NCBI GenBank assembly: GCA_001599295.1
Contig: BCGN01000006.1
Coordinates: 1,116,001 to 1,180,000 of the forward strand
DNA from: Sporopachydermia quercuum
Taxonomy: Eukaryota
Length of the DNA: 64,000 nucleotides
Direction of reading: 5' to 3'
In this document: positions 22,385-36,100 of the stretch, one piece after another
Layout of the letters: the number at the start of each line of letters is the position of its first letter
Numbering within the stretch: the first letter of the stretch is position 1
Notes under the pieces: model-generated
Seen by the model: only the letters and a program-made list of their open reading frames with translations
Told to the model about the DNA's origin: nothing
The model's database searches: none
Position numbers and translations under genes: made by a program

Positions 22385-23934
22385 TTTGAGAGCTCGATAA
22401 GCTTGGTAATATACAACTAACGCTTTCTGTTATACATGTAACACTTTCTGTATTTCAGAGTTTCTTTCTATCTCTATCGCGCTTATCTCTCCTTCTTCTG
22501 AATATCTTCTGTTCCTGTTCCTATTATACAATNCTGCTAGAATGTACTAAAATGATATTCGACAGAAACAACTCGCTACTTGGTTAACAAAAAACGATCC
22601 AAATAACAACCCGCACTTCCAAAAGGTGAAAAACGACAAATACCAAGCGGATTCTTCAATAAGGTTAACGGATAACTAGCCGATTTGATGCTGACAATGC
22701 TGTTGATAGTGGTGGTACATAAGCATTCGATGTGGATTATTGCAGGATTTGTAGGAAGGAATAAGGAATAAGGAATAAGTTGAATTGAGATGAGTATACC
22801 TGATATAAGACGGAAGTGGTTCTGGAGACCAAAGGGAAATGCTAGGGATTGTAATAGAAGGAGATGCAGTGTTCGTTGGATGAAAAATATGGGAAAGCAC
22901 CTTTTATGAGATGTTGGATGGCAGAGTGAAATTGGACGAAAAGGGCAATGGGCAGACTGGGGTAATAATTTCTCCAATGGGAAAGATACGAAGTAATTAT
23001 TCGTGATTTACTACATGATCTCATAATAGCNNACATTTAACTTTAGTTGATTGTGGGACGGGAGAGATGGGGTCGAAGAAAAGGATAGAAACGAAAATTC
23101 ATTAGAGAAGGGGCATAACGGGCATAATGGGCATAATGGATATAGGTATGAGCAATAAACGATGTGATCGGGCAGTTGAGTGCTATTTGGGAAAGAAATA
23201 GTGCGTATCATTTGATAGGAGAACAACCCAAACTTATGAGTTGTGCTATTACATGATCCTTTAAAGCCAGAGCGTTTCGTCCTAGAGCTTCCCAGATTGA
23301 TTTCATTGTATAGTGCCTACGATAGTTCATAGATATTCGAGACCTCAAATTAGGAAATAACCAATTAGGGATATTAGCTTCTGAGTGCGCATATACATGC
23401 ATATTTAGGATACACGAGGAATGATATAGCTAAAGGATTGATCAAGTCATAANTGCCTTTACCAGAACCATTGTATTCACACTTATAAATTTGTCCTTAA
23501 AAGATAGGAATCAAACTAATTTCCACCAATAATCCGGCTCTCATCTGAGTATACGTCTACACCATTTCCTGTACCAATCTGCAGAAACCTCAACCTTGCA
23601 TAAACACTTAGACATTAAATATTACTATATTTCCTATTTAAGCAACTATATCTCCCACTGATAACGGACAAATTTTTCACTTTCGCCGGACAGCTAATCT
23701 GAATCTCTTAACTCAATCAATCCCCGAACAATTGATTCCTTTTCTTACAGCTTGTTAATTCATGAAATTAGCACCTAAGTTGCTCAGCGTGGTCTCACAT
23801 ATATAAACAGCAATTTACCCATTTCTTCCTTGTTGCGCAGACAATTTCAAGAGATCAAATCATACTTCAGTTGCACTGACAAACGACTTCAAACAGCTTC
23901 AAGCACCTATTATCAGAGCATCTTTACATTCAAA

Positions 23935-25023
23935 ATGGGTTATCCAGAAACTTTTAGAGGTTACGCTGTTACTGATCCTAAAGAGTGGTCGAAAACTACG
24001 CTCACCGAGTTCAAGCCTAAGCCTTTTGAAGAGTTTGATATCGATATCAAGATCGATGCCTGCGGAATCTGCGCCTCAGACGTTCATACTCTCAACTCAG
24101 GATGGGGCACGGCACCAAATGTTCCATTAGTTGCAGGCCACGAAATCATTGGCAAAGTTGTTAAAGTAGGCCCCAAAGTTACCAGTGTGAAGGTAGGCGA
24201 CCGAGTTGGTGTTGGTGCTCAAGTCTGGGCTTGTTTAGAATGTGATACCTGTAAGGAAGGAAATGAGATTTACTGTCCCAAGCTCGTTCATACTTATAAC
24301 AACTTTTATCAAGATGGAACGAAAACCCAAGGTGGATACTCAAATTATATCAGATGTCACGAATACTTCACTTTCAAGATTCCCGACAGTTTGCCAACTG
24401 CACAAGCAGCTCCTATGCTATGTGCAGGTATCACCACCTATTCACCATTAGTTAGAAATGGCTGTGGACCTGGTAAGAAAGTCGGTATTGTTGGAATTGG
24501 TGGTTTGGGCCACTTTGGTATCATGTGGGCTAAAGCTTTAGGAGCTGAAGTTTGGGCGTTATCACGAACAAATTCCAAGAAAAAGGAATGTGAAGCTTTA
24601 GGGGTTGATAAGTTCATTGCCACCAAGGAAGAACCTGACTGGGCAGACAAGTACAGTCAAAAGCTGGATTTAATCCTATGTACGGCCAATTCTGTTGAGG
24701 GGTTTGATTTAAATGAATATCTTTCAATTCTACGAGTCAACGGTAGGTTTATTACTGTTGGATTACCTGAAGGTGGATCTTTCAATGTATCAGCCAGATC
24801 ATTTATCCGTAATGCCTGTTTGATGGGATCATCTCATCTTGGAAATAGAACAGAGATGCAAGATATGTTGAAATTGGCCGCTGAAAACAGTATCAAAGGT
24901 TGGGTTGAAGAAGTGCAAATTTCTGAAGAAGGAGTTGAGAAGGTCTTGAAAGGATGCAGTGCTGGATTACCAAAATTTAGATACACTTTGGTTGGATATG
25001 ATAAGGTATTTAGTGATGATTAG
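23935..25023 (+). CDS. ADH6: NADPH-dependent medium-chain (cinnamyl-type) alcohol dehydrogenase, ADH6/ADH7-like
   Basis: CGICASD, GHEIIG, structural Zn CLECDTC..C, APMLCAGIT, GIGGLG. ATG at 23935. Confidence 0.9.
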   Translation: MGYPETFRGYAVTDPKEWSKTTLTEFKPKPFEEFDIDIKIDACGICASDVHTLNSGWGTAPNVPLVAGHEIIGKVVKVGPKVTSVKVGDRVGVGAQVWACLECDTCKEGNEIYCPKLVHTYNNFYQDGTKTQGGYSNYIRCHEYFTFKIPDSLPTAQAAPMLCAGITTYSPLVRNGCGPGKKVGIVGIGGLGHFGIMWAKALGAEVWALSRTNSKKKECEALGVDKFIATKEEPDWADKYSQKLDLILCTANSVEGFDLNEYLSILRVNGRFITVGLPEGGSFNVSARSFIRNACLMGSSHLGNRTEMQDMLKLAAENSIKGWVEEVQISEEGVEKVLKGCSAGLPKFRYTLVGYDKVFSDD

Positions 25024-27885
25024 ATGATGCTTAGATAAAGTATGATAAGCTGGTATAACAGATTGATTAGAACGGTGTATCTAGATAATAAATCAATACT
25101 GTAGATAGTTCAAGATTGTAGCATAATGTTGATAAATGTGTGCTAGATGCATCTTAGTCTGTAGCTCTGTAGATTCTGGAATATCTATAGATATGCTAGC
25201 ATATATGATATTAAGTAGAAAATCTTGACCAAGTAGATGTATTGTTCGTGAAAGCCATTAAAAGCTATTAGGTATTAAGGGCTATTATAAGCAAAACTAC
25301 CATACAATTCACTGAGTATCNTACTACTAATTTGATGTCCAGCCGCCAATCGCAGCTAAGCTTTCAGCAGGGTCTTATCATTTGTTATACGAATAATTAA
25401 TAAATCTACAGTATGAATCGAATTCTCTTCAACGACGAGCGAAGCCACTCATCTATCTTCCCACTATATTCAGGGTCTTTCCTGTTATAGCCGAAGATGG
25501 GATGAGCAATGGGCATACATGTATTGGAATGTCTAACATGTTAGGTATCAGCTATCAAATGACCATTAAATAGAAGTCAGAGTTCTCCCACGAACAACCA
25601 ATCTTCTACCAACCAACAGTTCCAAATCTACCAAATATCTTCTACTTATGACCTAATTTATCTATACATATAATTAGTCCTTTTCCTATTTATCAACCTA
25701 CCATTATTTTCTTTCTTTACTCTTTTCATCTGTTACCAAGCATCGTCATTAGCCACAACCGCTCAGTATTATNGCATACATGGACAGACCCCAGGTCCCC
25801 ACAGAATAGAGTATTCTATCGTATTTTTCATGAATCTGATCACATTTATGCAATTTTAATACCAAAGGAAAGCCTATAAGCACCAACATAAAAGTTCAAG
25901 CCAATAACCGTAAATACATATATATTTTCTTATCATAAAAACATACTTAGTATTCAATTTATCAATCACACATTCCCATCATACTCCATCCTATGCATAG
26001 TGGACTTATACCGTATGCATGACACGCATATGACGCATAAGACCGACTCCGTTACCAAATTTGATCATTACGGCCGTTTCCGAGGCCTGAAACTATGAGG
26101 AAATTGGAAAAATAAACTATTGTTTTCCGGGGTACGGGAAATATTGGAATGNGTTTCTCCTACACCAATTGCAAATTTTGAGTATTCCAATAGATTCTCG
26201 AGGCTTTTATTTTCCTCATAATGACTATTCCATCGAAATTCTTGCCACAATAGATATCGAGGTTCAATCTTTCGGATGTAGGGATAGTCCGGAAGTTATT
26301 GTCTTTTCCTCCGGAACGGCATTTGACTATTAAACTTCAGTTCCGTACACAGTGGCTTTGGGCTAAATCTTTCTCCTTTCTCTCTTTACCTAGGCACTAT
26401 TTTGCCTAGTGACTGTTTGGAGCATAAACTAACCCAAAGACATTTAATCTGCTAAATGTTTATCATCCTATACAGTCAGAATAAACTGAATCTACTATAG
26501 CATTCTACACCATCTTTTACCTAATATCTCGGTGTCATCTGCTCTAGAACCACATACTCCATATACGCCCTTAAACAGCACCTTTCCAGCCCTTTTCCAA
26601 ACTCTTCCCATCCTTTCCCACCTATTTCCCCTCCCATCTCCAGAACACCCCTGGTCCTTTCCGTACACTCTTTCCTATCCTGCCTAAAATTTTAAGGTTA
26701 AGTCATTTTCACTCTCTGGGCCATTTTTACTTTTGGCTTACAGTTAGTTGACTTTTCTCTCAAATCTTCTCTTAGATGGAGAAAGTCCTTCAGTTGCCTT
26801 GATAATCACCAGGAAAAGCCGATCAAATAGCGGCAAAATACTATCACTAGTACGTAATCGTCTTATTATAGCATTCGCAAATCTACTAGCGGTGTCAGNA
26901 ACGAAATTCCCCGGTAATTCCACGCTTTTCCACTGTTTACCCTTTGCATTTCAAGCATAGGAACGGTGAATTGGGCGCTCAGCACAAGAGCTTCAAAAGA
27001 AAGAACCAAAAGAAGAGGCAAACAGTCAAACAGGAAAAAAGCAGGCTGTACGNTTAGGTTCATTTATAAGGATCTGGTGATAATTTCGATTGATTGCCAG
27101 CGCTTCATGCTACCAGGCTTTGCTCAGTGAAAACTTTGTGGCTCCACACTTGGACACTAACAGAGAGTCAATAGAGTCAACAGAGAGTCAACTAAGGTAA
27201 GAAATAGTAGGAAAAGAGAAAATATAAGGATAATAGGGTTTATAGGATTAATAGGATAAATAATAGGATCAACAAAAGGTTCTATTGCCTGTAAATACGG
27301 TGNGTTGTTAGGAGTTCTGGTGACCATAAAGTGGTAGTGGACATTGAAGCAAACTCAAGCAGCAAAGTCAGCAAAGTCAGCAAGTAAACAGCAAAAACGG
27401 CAGTAAATCAGCAAAAACAGCTACGAACTATCGAATCTGCTTTCTCCCTTAGTTCTGCTTCTTCTGCTATTCTCATATTAATTAGTATGGCGATACAAAT
27501 CTGATTGTATACAACAATCTCACACAGTCACAACAACAACCAGAGCTTCCAGCTATTTCTATGGTAGTTTGATCGTCGATAGCATAAAATCCGTCATAAC
27601 ATTTAAGACAATCAACAAACAACTTATAGGCGCTTTAATAAAATCAGCGGCTGCTATTGATGAACTACTATTGCATGTTGTTCTTATTACCCTTCATTGA
27701 ACCTGTGATGAAGAAATAGCAAGCAGTCAAGCAAAACACAGCCAGCAATAAGCAAAAAACTGCAGTCGACGTTGATTGCGCATTCACTGAATATTCAATT
27801 CACATCACATCAACAGACACTACATCACACTATAATAATACACCTACACACTTAGACAGCACACCATACAAATACCTTATACACA

Positions 27886-30705
27886 ATGGACCAGGGATCT
27901 CTTCTTAAGAAGAGCTCTGTTTCTTCTGCTTCCCAGCTGAACAGCATGTTCTCCGAAGCAATCACCTCCCATAACGCCCATAATCACCTGCCGAAGAAAC
28001 GAGAAGAATTCGAACGCAGTTCTTCCATTATCTCAGAAATGGTGGCCAAAGGAACCAATTCCAAAGCCATCGAGTCTTCCAGCACGGACCAGTTCCACAA
28101 GTCGTCGTTTGCTCTGCGCCGCACCCGGTCGCTAGGTCTACTTGATGAGTTTGTTATTCCCACGTCCAAGCTGATTGAGCAGGAGGCCAACACTGGCACG
28201 GGCACTGGTACGGGAACGAGCACCGAAGACGGTGGCGGGCTGACGAAACCCAGCTTGACCTCAAGCAAATACGCCCATCCGTCCTTCTCTAATCTTGGCA
28301 CTGGCTTGAATGTTGGCCACGAGACTTCGGCTTTGCCAACGCCAGCCCCCTCTGCCTCAACATCGCCCCATTCCACTGCCCTGACAGAAATCCCCACGTA
28401 TACTCCAGAAATGTTCAAACCGTACGGTAGTTGCAATGAACCCCCTGCCAGCAGCTACGCAGACGACATTGGCTTCCAGCTAGAACAGAACGACGAGCCC
28501 AGTGACTACCACCGCGTCCGCCTAGGCAGAAAGAAGAACCAACGGCGGTACATTCATGATGGTAAGGACAGCAGTGCCAACGGACCCAGTAGCAGCACCA
28601 GTAATGACACCACTAATCACGATAACAGCCCCAACAGCAATTTCTACAACAACTACAACGATTCGGACGCCAGCACTAACAACACAGCCTATCCGGACAA
28701 CACACCGACCTCTACAGGTGCCAAATCCAACACGTTCACCAGCAAAACAACCCTGGACCTCCACGTGCCCCAGGACGACAGCTCCTTGCAGTATGAGCCC
28801 GCAAGCCATGTAGACTATCTGTCCCACGACTGGAAGGAAAGTGACATCTCCCAGTCCTGGCGATACGTAGTCTTACGGAGGAAAGACGTGGCGAACAGCG
28901 CCCGACTGGAAAACGCATCCTGGAGAACCTGGACAAAGGCTAAGTACAACCTACCTACGGTATCGCCCGAGAGCGTGAACTGGCTGAAGGACTGCGATGT
29001 CACCTGGTTGTACGGTCCGTTATACCGAGAACCCCACCACATTTCGTTTCTGGACGATGAAAGCTCGGCCAAGAAGCCCTCTCGCTGCGAGTGCGATGGC
29101 NGAGGGTCGTTAGACGGGAACGTATTGGCTATGACCAATAGTGAAAAAGGTGTCCGGGGAAATTCCGGAAATAATAAAAATAACCCGGGTTTAAACCCCG
29201 AGTCAAAGAAATCGACCTCGACACCCATGAAGCCTATCCTCAAAAAGAGAACCGTTTCGGAAATAATGCGGTCAAACGCTTTCTCGGTTAGAGGCTCGCC
29301 GTCTCCTACATCGACTCCGAAGGACCCCCAGCACGACTCCTATTCCGATTACTTCCGACATCATAACTATAGACACCAGCCGAGGGACAACTACAATCTG
29401 GAAGACGTGCAGCGGAAAGTGAACACCCAATACACATCCATCGCCGGAACCGGAGGCGAAGACGGAAGCGGAAGCAGAACCAACTTGAAAACGGCTACAA
29501 AAGACGTTGCCGGCTTGTCACTCGATGACGCTGCGGGACCTGCCTTAGCTTTCCCACCTGGCCCCCCTAGTGCACTGGAAGACAGAAATTACGACAGCTC
29601 CTCCGGCAGAGGCCACTCGCCCGCAAGTTCCCAGAAAAGCGGCAGCCCCAGTGAACTCGCCATGAGCATCTCCATGACAAACTCTGCCACCGAAAGTGAG
29701 CCCGGGAAGAAGCTAGAACGCCATATCCACTTCAACGATAGAGTAGAGCAATGCATCGCCATTGACGACAACTACAGAGAAGAATATGGCGATTCCGACG
29801 ACGGTCAGGCAAATGGATACCAAGACCAGTTCGATCACGGCTACAGTGACAACAGATTCGCCGATTTTGCATCAAACGACGCCACCAGCCATGAAACCAG
29901 CTTGCGGATACAATCCCACGATGTACACATGGAAAGCGACTACGAGTACGACAGCGACGAGTCGGAAGACGAAGGATTCTTCCTGAACATCAGCTCCAAA
30001 CCGGGGGCTGGGCTGGGGTCCTCGCGAATCTCCCTTGCGTCATCTGAAGACAGTGCCGGGAATCTGGGCTCCGGAGCAACCAAAATCCAAACCATTGCCC
30101 CTCTGCCCGCCACGACGCTGAAAATGGAACCGGAATCCGACGATCCGGACTCCCAGGACGATTACGACGACGAAATGTCCAGTGTCAGCAACGCCATGAG
30201 CCATAATACCAATACGTTCCGGGGCTATGAATATAAATACGATTACAACACTGTTTATGGCGATAGTGACGGTAATCATGGCGATTCCGTGTCTCAGAAC
30301 GCTCCCCAGAGCGTTTATAGGCCTTATTCCGCCACTTTTCAAGTGGGGGGCAACGGAAGTAACCCCCAGGGCCTTATTGGAGACATTCCTGCCATTGATA
30401 TGAATCCGGACGACCTGGAGGAAGTAGACGTTCCCGACGGGCTGATTGCCGACGGGTTTGAAGAGCTGACACCTGACGATGAAGACAGCATTGTTGTTGA
30501 TGTGCCTGATTTCGTCACCAATGGAACATCCAGTCTGTCGGCCCCTCACAGTCCTAATTCTAGTGCCGGTTTGAACCACGACGGGAGCAATTATTTCACT
30601 CCCTCGGTGTCTTCTATGGGTTATCAAGTAGTTGGGAGCTATGCGCCTGAGCGAGATAGAGATAGAGACGGCGACAGTTCAAGAGGGAGGAAGATGTATC
30701 GGTAG
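27886..30705 (+). CDS. REG1: Glc7/PP1 regulatory subunit Reg1
   Basis: HVDYLSHDW..SWRY..SARLENASWRTW..NWLKDCDVTWLYGP, KPILKKRT, and the RVxF-type RHIHFNDRVEQCIA. Confidence 0.92.
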   Translation: MDQGSLLKKSSVSSASQLNSMFSEAITSHNAHNHLPKKREEFERSSSIISEMVAKGTNSKAIESSSTDQFHKSSFALRRTRSLGLLDEFVIPTSKLIEQEANTGTGTGTGTSTEDGGGLTKPSLTSSKYAHPSFSNLGTGLNVGHETSALPTPAPSASTSPHSTALTEIPTYTPEMFKPYGSCNEPPASSYADDIGFQLEQNDEPSDYHRVRLGRKKNQRRYIHDGKDSSANGPSSSTSNDTTNHDNSPNSNFYNNYNDSDASTNNTAYPDNTPTSTGAKSNTFTSKTTLDLHVPQDDSSLQYEPASHVDYLSHDWKESDISQSWRYVVLRRKDVANSARLENASWRTWTKAKYNLPTVSPESVNWLKDCDVTWLYGPLYREPHHISFLDDESSAKKPSRCECDGXGSLDGNVLAMTNSEKGVRGNSGNNKNNPGLNPESKKSTSTPMKPILKKRTVSEIMRSNAFSVRGSPSPTSTPKDPQHDSYSDYFRHHNYRHQPRDNYNLEDVQRKVNTQYTSIAGTGGEDGSGSRTNLKTATKDVAGLSLDDAAGPALAFPPGPPSALEDRNYDSSSGRGHSPASSQKSGSPSELAMSISMTNSATESEPGKKLERHIHFNDRVEQCIAIDDNYREEYGDSDDGQANGYQDQFDHGYSDNRFADFASNDATSHETSLRIQSHDVHMESDYEYDSDESEDEGFFLNISSKPGAGLGSSRISLASSEDSAGNLGSGATKIQTIAPLPATTLKMEPESDDPDSQDDYDDEMSSVSNAMSHNTNTFRGYEYKYDYNTVYGDSDGNHGDSVSQNAPQSVYRPYSATFQVGGNGSNPQGLIGDIPAIDMNPDDLEEVDVPDGLIADGFEELTPDDEDSIVVDVPDFVTNGTSSLSAPHSPNSSAGLNHDGSNYFTPSVSSMGYQVVGSYAPERDRDRDGDSSRGRKMYR

Positions 30706-33179
30706 GCCTTTGCTTGGGTCATATGGGAGCATAACGATAAAGGCAAAGGCAAAGACAAAGGCATTTAGGATAAAGGCCATTCAAGGTCAGTTAAAGGCGT
30801 TCATAAGGGCGTTCATAAGAAGGTTCATAGGGACATTCATTTGTGAAGCACTTCTCTATATAAAGAAGCGAATTGACCGAATAACTGAGTAACCAGAACA
30901 TTTATGGTCCCTTCTCTTCCCTTACCTTCCTTTCCTTTCCTGTTGCTATAGGCAGCTTCAGTAGTAATAAGCATTTGATTATGCTAATGATAATATAGAT
31001 CACTACATCCTACTAAAACTCCTTCCTTCTGTTATTGCTCCTGAAATTACAGTGCTTTCATCAATGTGGAGCAATACGATTAATCCTTATGGTATTGCTT
31101 GTAGTGACGAATTATTAGCAGCAGTAGGCTCGCCAGCAATTAAATTAAACCGGTATCCCTGGTAGCTTGATATTGAGAGTCATCGACATAGGCAGGAATA
31201 GTGTCGACAAGGTCGGAGATTTGAGATCTTTTCACCCAACTATGCTTCGGCACTTTGCCTGGTTTGCTTGGTTTCCTTCAAAAGAGTGGAAAATCATACT
31301 GGAATCTCTTCAGAATTCAACTTTGATGCCATCAGATGTAGATGTTACTTAACCAACAGATGCTTTCTAATCAACAATTACACCGTTGCCTTGTGCGAGA
31401 TATAGGATTCGCAGGAAACAGCTAATTTTATTGCTCGCCGCATAACAACATAACAACATAACATAACATAACATAATATGGGGACTTGTGGATACTTTTC
31501 ATTGCTGAGATATCAGCATGGATTTACTATTAATGCTAATATTTATACTAGTATTCATGCTAGTATTTATTCTAATTGTTACCATATTCCGGTCTTGTCT
31601 TGTTCTTGCTCTTGTTCTTGTTGTTTTGCTCTCGCAATCACGTGATAGCTTGCTTCACAGCTAATAGAAGATAGAACGCCTGTTTATGACATTCTAGACG
31701 TCGATTTGACGTTTAATTGTTTCAGCAGGAGAATGGTGGGGCGAATTGGATTGAATTAGCAGACTGGCTCTTATGGTTATGGCTCTTATGGTTATGATTG
31801 TTATAACCGATAGTTAAACAGTGCGTTTATTCTGCTGATACTGTTAATACTGTTATGCTGTTCTTTCATTACTACCATCAGTAAATTATGGTTATAATGT
31901 TTATAATCATGATTAATTTTTATTAAATGTATTCATGTGTGTTCATTCAATGTTTCTTCTGTTTCTTCTGTTCCTTTCTTCTTCATTCATCGTTCCTTAC
32001 TGTCGTTCGTTCCTCTTCCTTCACATCTATCATTATTGCTATCAAACTTAACATTCATTCATTACTTCTCCTTTTATTGTTATTTCTATTATTNCCAACA
32101 ATATCTTCCTTATTTCTTAACCAAAACATTCATTTCTTTCACTTTTTTTCTTTTAATTTACCTTAAACTAATTATCACTATCTGCTTTTCTTTCATGTTC
32201 CTGTGCCTTGCTATCATATTATTTTGCTCACGAATATAACGATTTATATGCATCTACGAATTATTTCATTCTACTTTTTAGTCATTGTTTATTATTTATT
32301 ATTATCAATTATAATTATCAGTATATTTTAGAAAAAAAGAACTTAGCAGCTAAAGGAGAGAACCTAAGCTGATGATAGGTTGCTGTAGTCATAGATGAGC
32401 TGTTGATACTGTAGAAGAGGATTAGCACTATCAATTTACTGTATGACTCTAACTGACAAGTTTTTCCTTTCTTTCATATCTTTTTATTCTAGTAAGTTTT
32501 AACATATTCTTATAGAAAGGATTATTAGGGATATCTTTCTTCCAATAATCCATTCATTCCTTTATTAATTCGTTCGTTCATTCATTTTGACTGACCCAAT
32601 CGTCCGGATGAATGTCATGTGATGTTAATGGCACCCTTCATTATTAGTCCTTTATCCTCTGTCCTGTCCCGGATCATATCACGTGTCTTTGGTAAAATAA
32701 AATGATGCAAATATTGATTACGGAATCCGAAATATTAACTCACACATAAACACATTGTCACATTGTATTTTGATGACTATCAACAAAGAATTGTCCGTAA
32801 CAGCTGTTTTTTGTATGGAACCATTAGATTTTATTGACCTTTTCTGTTCTGGTTTATACGCATTGGATCCGGGCGACTTTAGCTGCTTTGTATTAGCTCC
32901 AGCCCAAATTCAACCCTGCTGTAATTGATACAGCTCCTGGACATCTCCAGTTTCTCCTATCTCCCTATTGTGCTTGGTGCCAATTGACTGAGAGATCAAT
33001 GAGTAATTACATTATTTCAGGCCCTTAAAGCAATCTAAAAGCAAAAGCGACTTTTTTACGCATTTCTCAAGCTGGGATTCAAGTTTTCTTGCTAACATTC
33101 ATTGATTTGCACTTCCCTAGTCCTCACTCCTTTGCAAAGTCTTCCATCCAAGCCGACTATCACCAAATCTACATCTGCG

Positions 33180-36100
33180 ATGGATCGTCATAAAAGAAAC
33201 GACTCCATGTCGTCCTTAGGTCTTCTGTCTTCACGTTCAAGCATTGATTCCAGAAGACTTTCCATACAACTTCCTGTTATCGACAACTCCCTGGAAGCTT
33301 CTCCTCTGGGTGCCAATTCTATCTACGAGGTAGTCTATTCAGGTTCCTCTACACTGTCGGAACAGCTACATACTCCTAAAAGCAATGGCTTATTTTCCTC
33401 GCCTAAAAAGCATATAATTGGCATTCCACCACCAACTGCGACGGATATTCCACCAGTGAGCCTGTCGAAGATCAAACGGGTTAAGAAAGCTGAGATTGAG
33501 CAGAACGCCAGACATTTCCGAACTCAAGCAGAGATATTCTACTCTCGGTTAAACGAGTCCAAGAACAAAGACTCGTCCGAATCGATAGATCAACGCTTAA
33601 AAGCAATTCCAAGTTTTTATTTCCAGCAGGATTTCCGTCTAGACGACCCTAAATTGTTTGCTATGATCACCGAAGGTGATGCCGGTATTACATCTACTTC
33701 TTCCAAGGCTACTACCACGGACTCTTCTCTGCTAATGAGCGTGAACAATTCTATTCTGCAGGAAAAGCTATCCTGGTATTTAGATACGATAGAACTGAGC
33801 CTGGTAGGAGAAATCTCTAAGACGTCTTCTGGGCTTTTCTCCGTCATTGAAGAAGTGAAAGAAATAGACGACAATTCAGCGGAATGTATAGCCAGTTTAG
33901 AGAAACTGAAGGATAAGCTTTCGGCCTTGCAAACCAAGAAAACAGCCAAAGGATTGAAGCTGCTTCAGCTGATTAACAGACGGAAAAACGTTGAGATCCT
34001 AGAACGCAATTTACTGCAAACCCAACGAATCATGAACGAAGCCGACCTCAGCGAAACATATCAACAAGCAGGCGATTTTGACCATTGTTTAGCATCAATA
34101 GAAAAAGTAGAAAACCTTTTGGAAGGTGGTCAGCATGCAGAAATGTCACGGCTAGTTAATTTCAAAGGTCTCGACTGTTTTACTCGTTTACGTGAAGGCC
34201 TGTCGGAAGTAAGACTCAGTGCTTCCAAACATTATGTGGATAGATTCCCCAACATTCTTATAGAAAACCTACGGAAACATTACGAGAGTATCTCATCGAA
34301 GGAGACTCTGGACAGAATGACAGCCTCTTTTACTAAGGAGACCGGAAGATCAAGTGGTAACGTTGGTAGCTCTAAAGCCAATGGATCGTCTGTGCTGTCA
34401 CCAGATCGTATAGCTATTATACCGAAATACCAGTCATTTGACCCAGCATTCAAACAGGAGCTGCAGGCAATAACGACAATCCTGCTGAAAACAGGCAAAC
34501 TGAACGAAGCCTGCAGAATCTACGGAGAACTCGTGGTTAAAGAATTCAGAGGCATCGTGAGAATGAATCTACCCAATAACAATGACGGAGAAAGCATCTC
34601 CTCTTCCAGATCGTCTACGGGACTCCCGAGATCCTCTCTGGACACGAAAATCGAACGGACAAATAGCCTGGCCCAGAGTTTACGGACCATGACCCAGGAA
34701 AAGTTCCTGGAAATGGTCCAGGATATGTTCTGCAATTTATCCGAGGCTTCCAGAAGACTTTACTTCCAGCAGAAGCTCTTACTGGACGTAATATTCTCTT
34801 CTACGGTAGCAAATAGCGATGGAATACCCATTGAGCTGAGCACTCTGGTGAACACGGTTATCAACTCATCTCAAATCCGATTGCTCAAGGTCCTGAACGT
34901 CCGAAGAGAACAGAACGTAAAGATGTCTGTAGACGCGTTTCTGAGGTTCTACTCCCTGACGGTTATATTTATGACAGAATGCGAGTCTATCGTAGGCATT
35001 ATAGCTCCGGAAATGCAGAATTTCGTCCTGGGACAGACCAAGCAGTTTTTCGATGAACTGCACGATCAAACGATCGGCAGTATAGGCCATGCTGTTCTAC
35101 GCGATGAATGGAAAGATCACCTATTACCAAAAGACTTTGTTTATGCTGTTGAGGAGATCATGCGGACCTCCGAGAAGGTTCCTGTGCAATGGAAGGAGAT
35201 GTTTGAGACATTGCAGTTTGGCGGCATCGAGATCTCTACTGTTGCTGGCGATCCCAATGACAGCCTCACGCCCAGCAAAACAGTTATGCTTAACGATACC
35301 AAGTACCATGCTAGCAAGTCCTGTATAACTCTTGTGCTTGCTATAAGAAAGTATTTGATACTCTCAACAGGATTTCCGCAGTATACCTCGTCATTGGCCA
35401 AAGATCTCGTGGATTTTCTACTGCTTTTCAACACGAAAGCTCATGGAGCTGTTCTGGGTGCTGGAGCCACCAAAAGTACTTCTTTGAAGTATATAACTAC
35501 TAGACATCTAGCAGTATGTTCTCAGTCGTTAGATGTGTTGATAATTCTCGTTTCATACATCAGAGAGTATATTAAGAGTATAGCCCCTAAGAGTGAAGCT
35601 CATAGCAGTGGGAACAGCTATTTAGAAGCGTTTGATGATGTCAGAAGGAAGTTTTTGGCTCACCAGGAGGAAATCCTCACCAAGCTTGTTAATATAATGG
35701 GCGATAGATTGAAAGGACATTGCGAGCTTATTAGGAAGATTTCCTGGGATTACGTAAATGAGGAACATAAGGCTAATGATTATATGCTGGCGTTGGTATC
35801 AGAGACATCTAAGCTGGCTCGAGTGATTAAACGCTATTTAACAGTTCCCCAAGGAATGGTAAGTAATGATAGGATTGGATAGTATAGGATATGATAAAAG
35901 GATAAATATTACGGATAGAGTTTCAGGATGAAGTGCTGAGGATTTCCAGGTTTGAAGGATCTCCAGGTTTATTAAGGATAATATGTTACCAGATTGCTAA
36001 CAGTGTTCACAGTTTGTGATGTCCCAAGTGTTCGATTTGTATAAACGCGGGTTGATAGATGCGTATTCACAGCTGAAAGTAAACGACAATGGAAAGAAAC

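Noticed and set aside
23830..23934. TTG-initiated N-terminal extension of the ADH gene
   Set aside because: Short, non-ATG and immediately downstream of a TATA box; the conserved start is ATG 23935.
27984..30627. Antisense and alternate-frame ORFs within REG1 (up to 195 aa), and similar ones in VPS54, DFG16 and TUL1
   Set aside because: Shadow ORFs expected opposite long or GC-rich coding sequence; no motifs.
31927..32239. Hydrophobic F/L/I-rich ORFs (also 41487-41867, 49031-49480, 22576-22977, 4842-5132)
   Set aside because: By-products of T-rich or pyrimidine-rich intergenic DNA; no domain signal.
32678..32740. Point-centromere-like ATCACGTG + AT-rich + CCGAAA
   Set aside because: The spacer is short, the CDEIII match is poor, and the site lies in the VPS54 promoter. 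TCACGTG recurs at several promoters here (31619, 38392, 51012), consistent with Cbf1-type sites.
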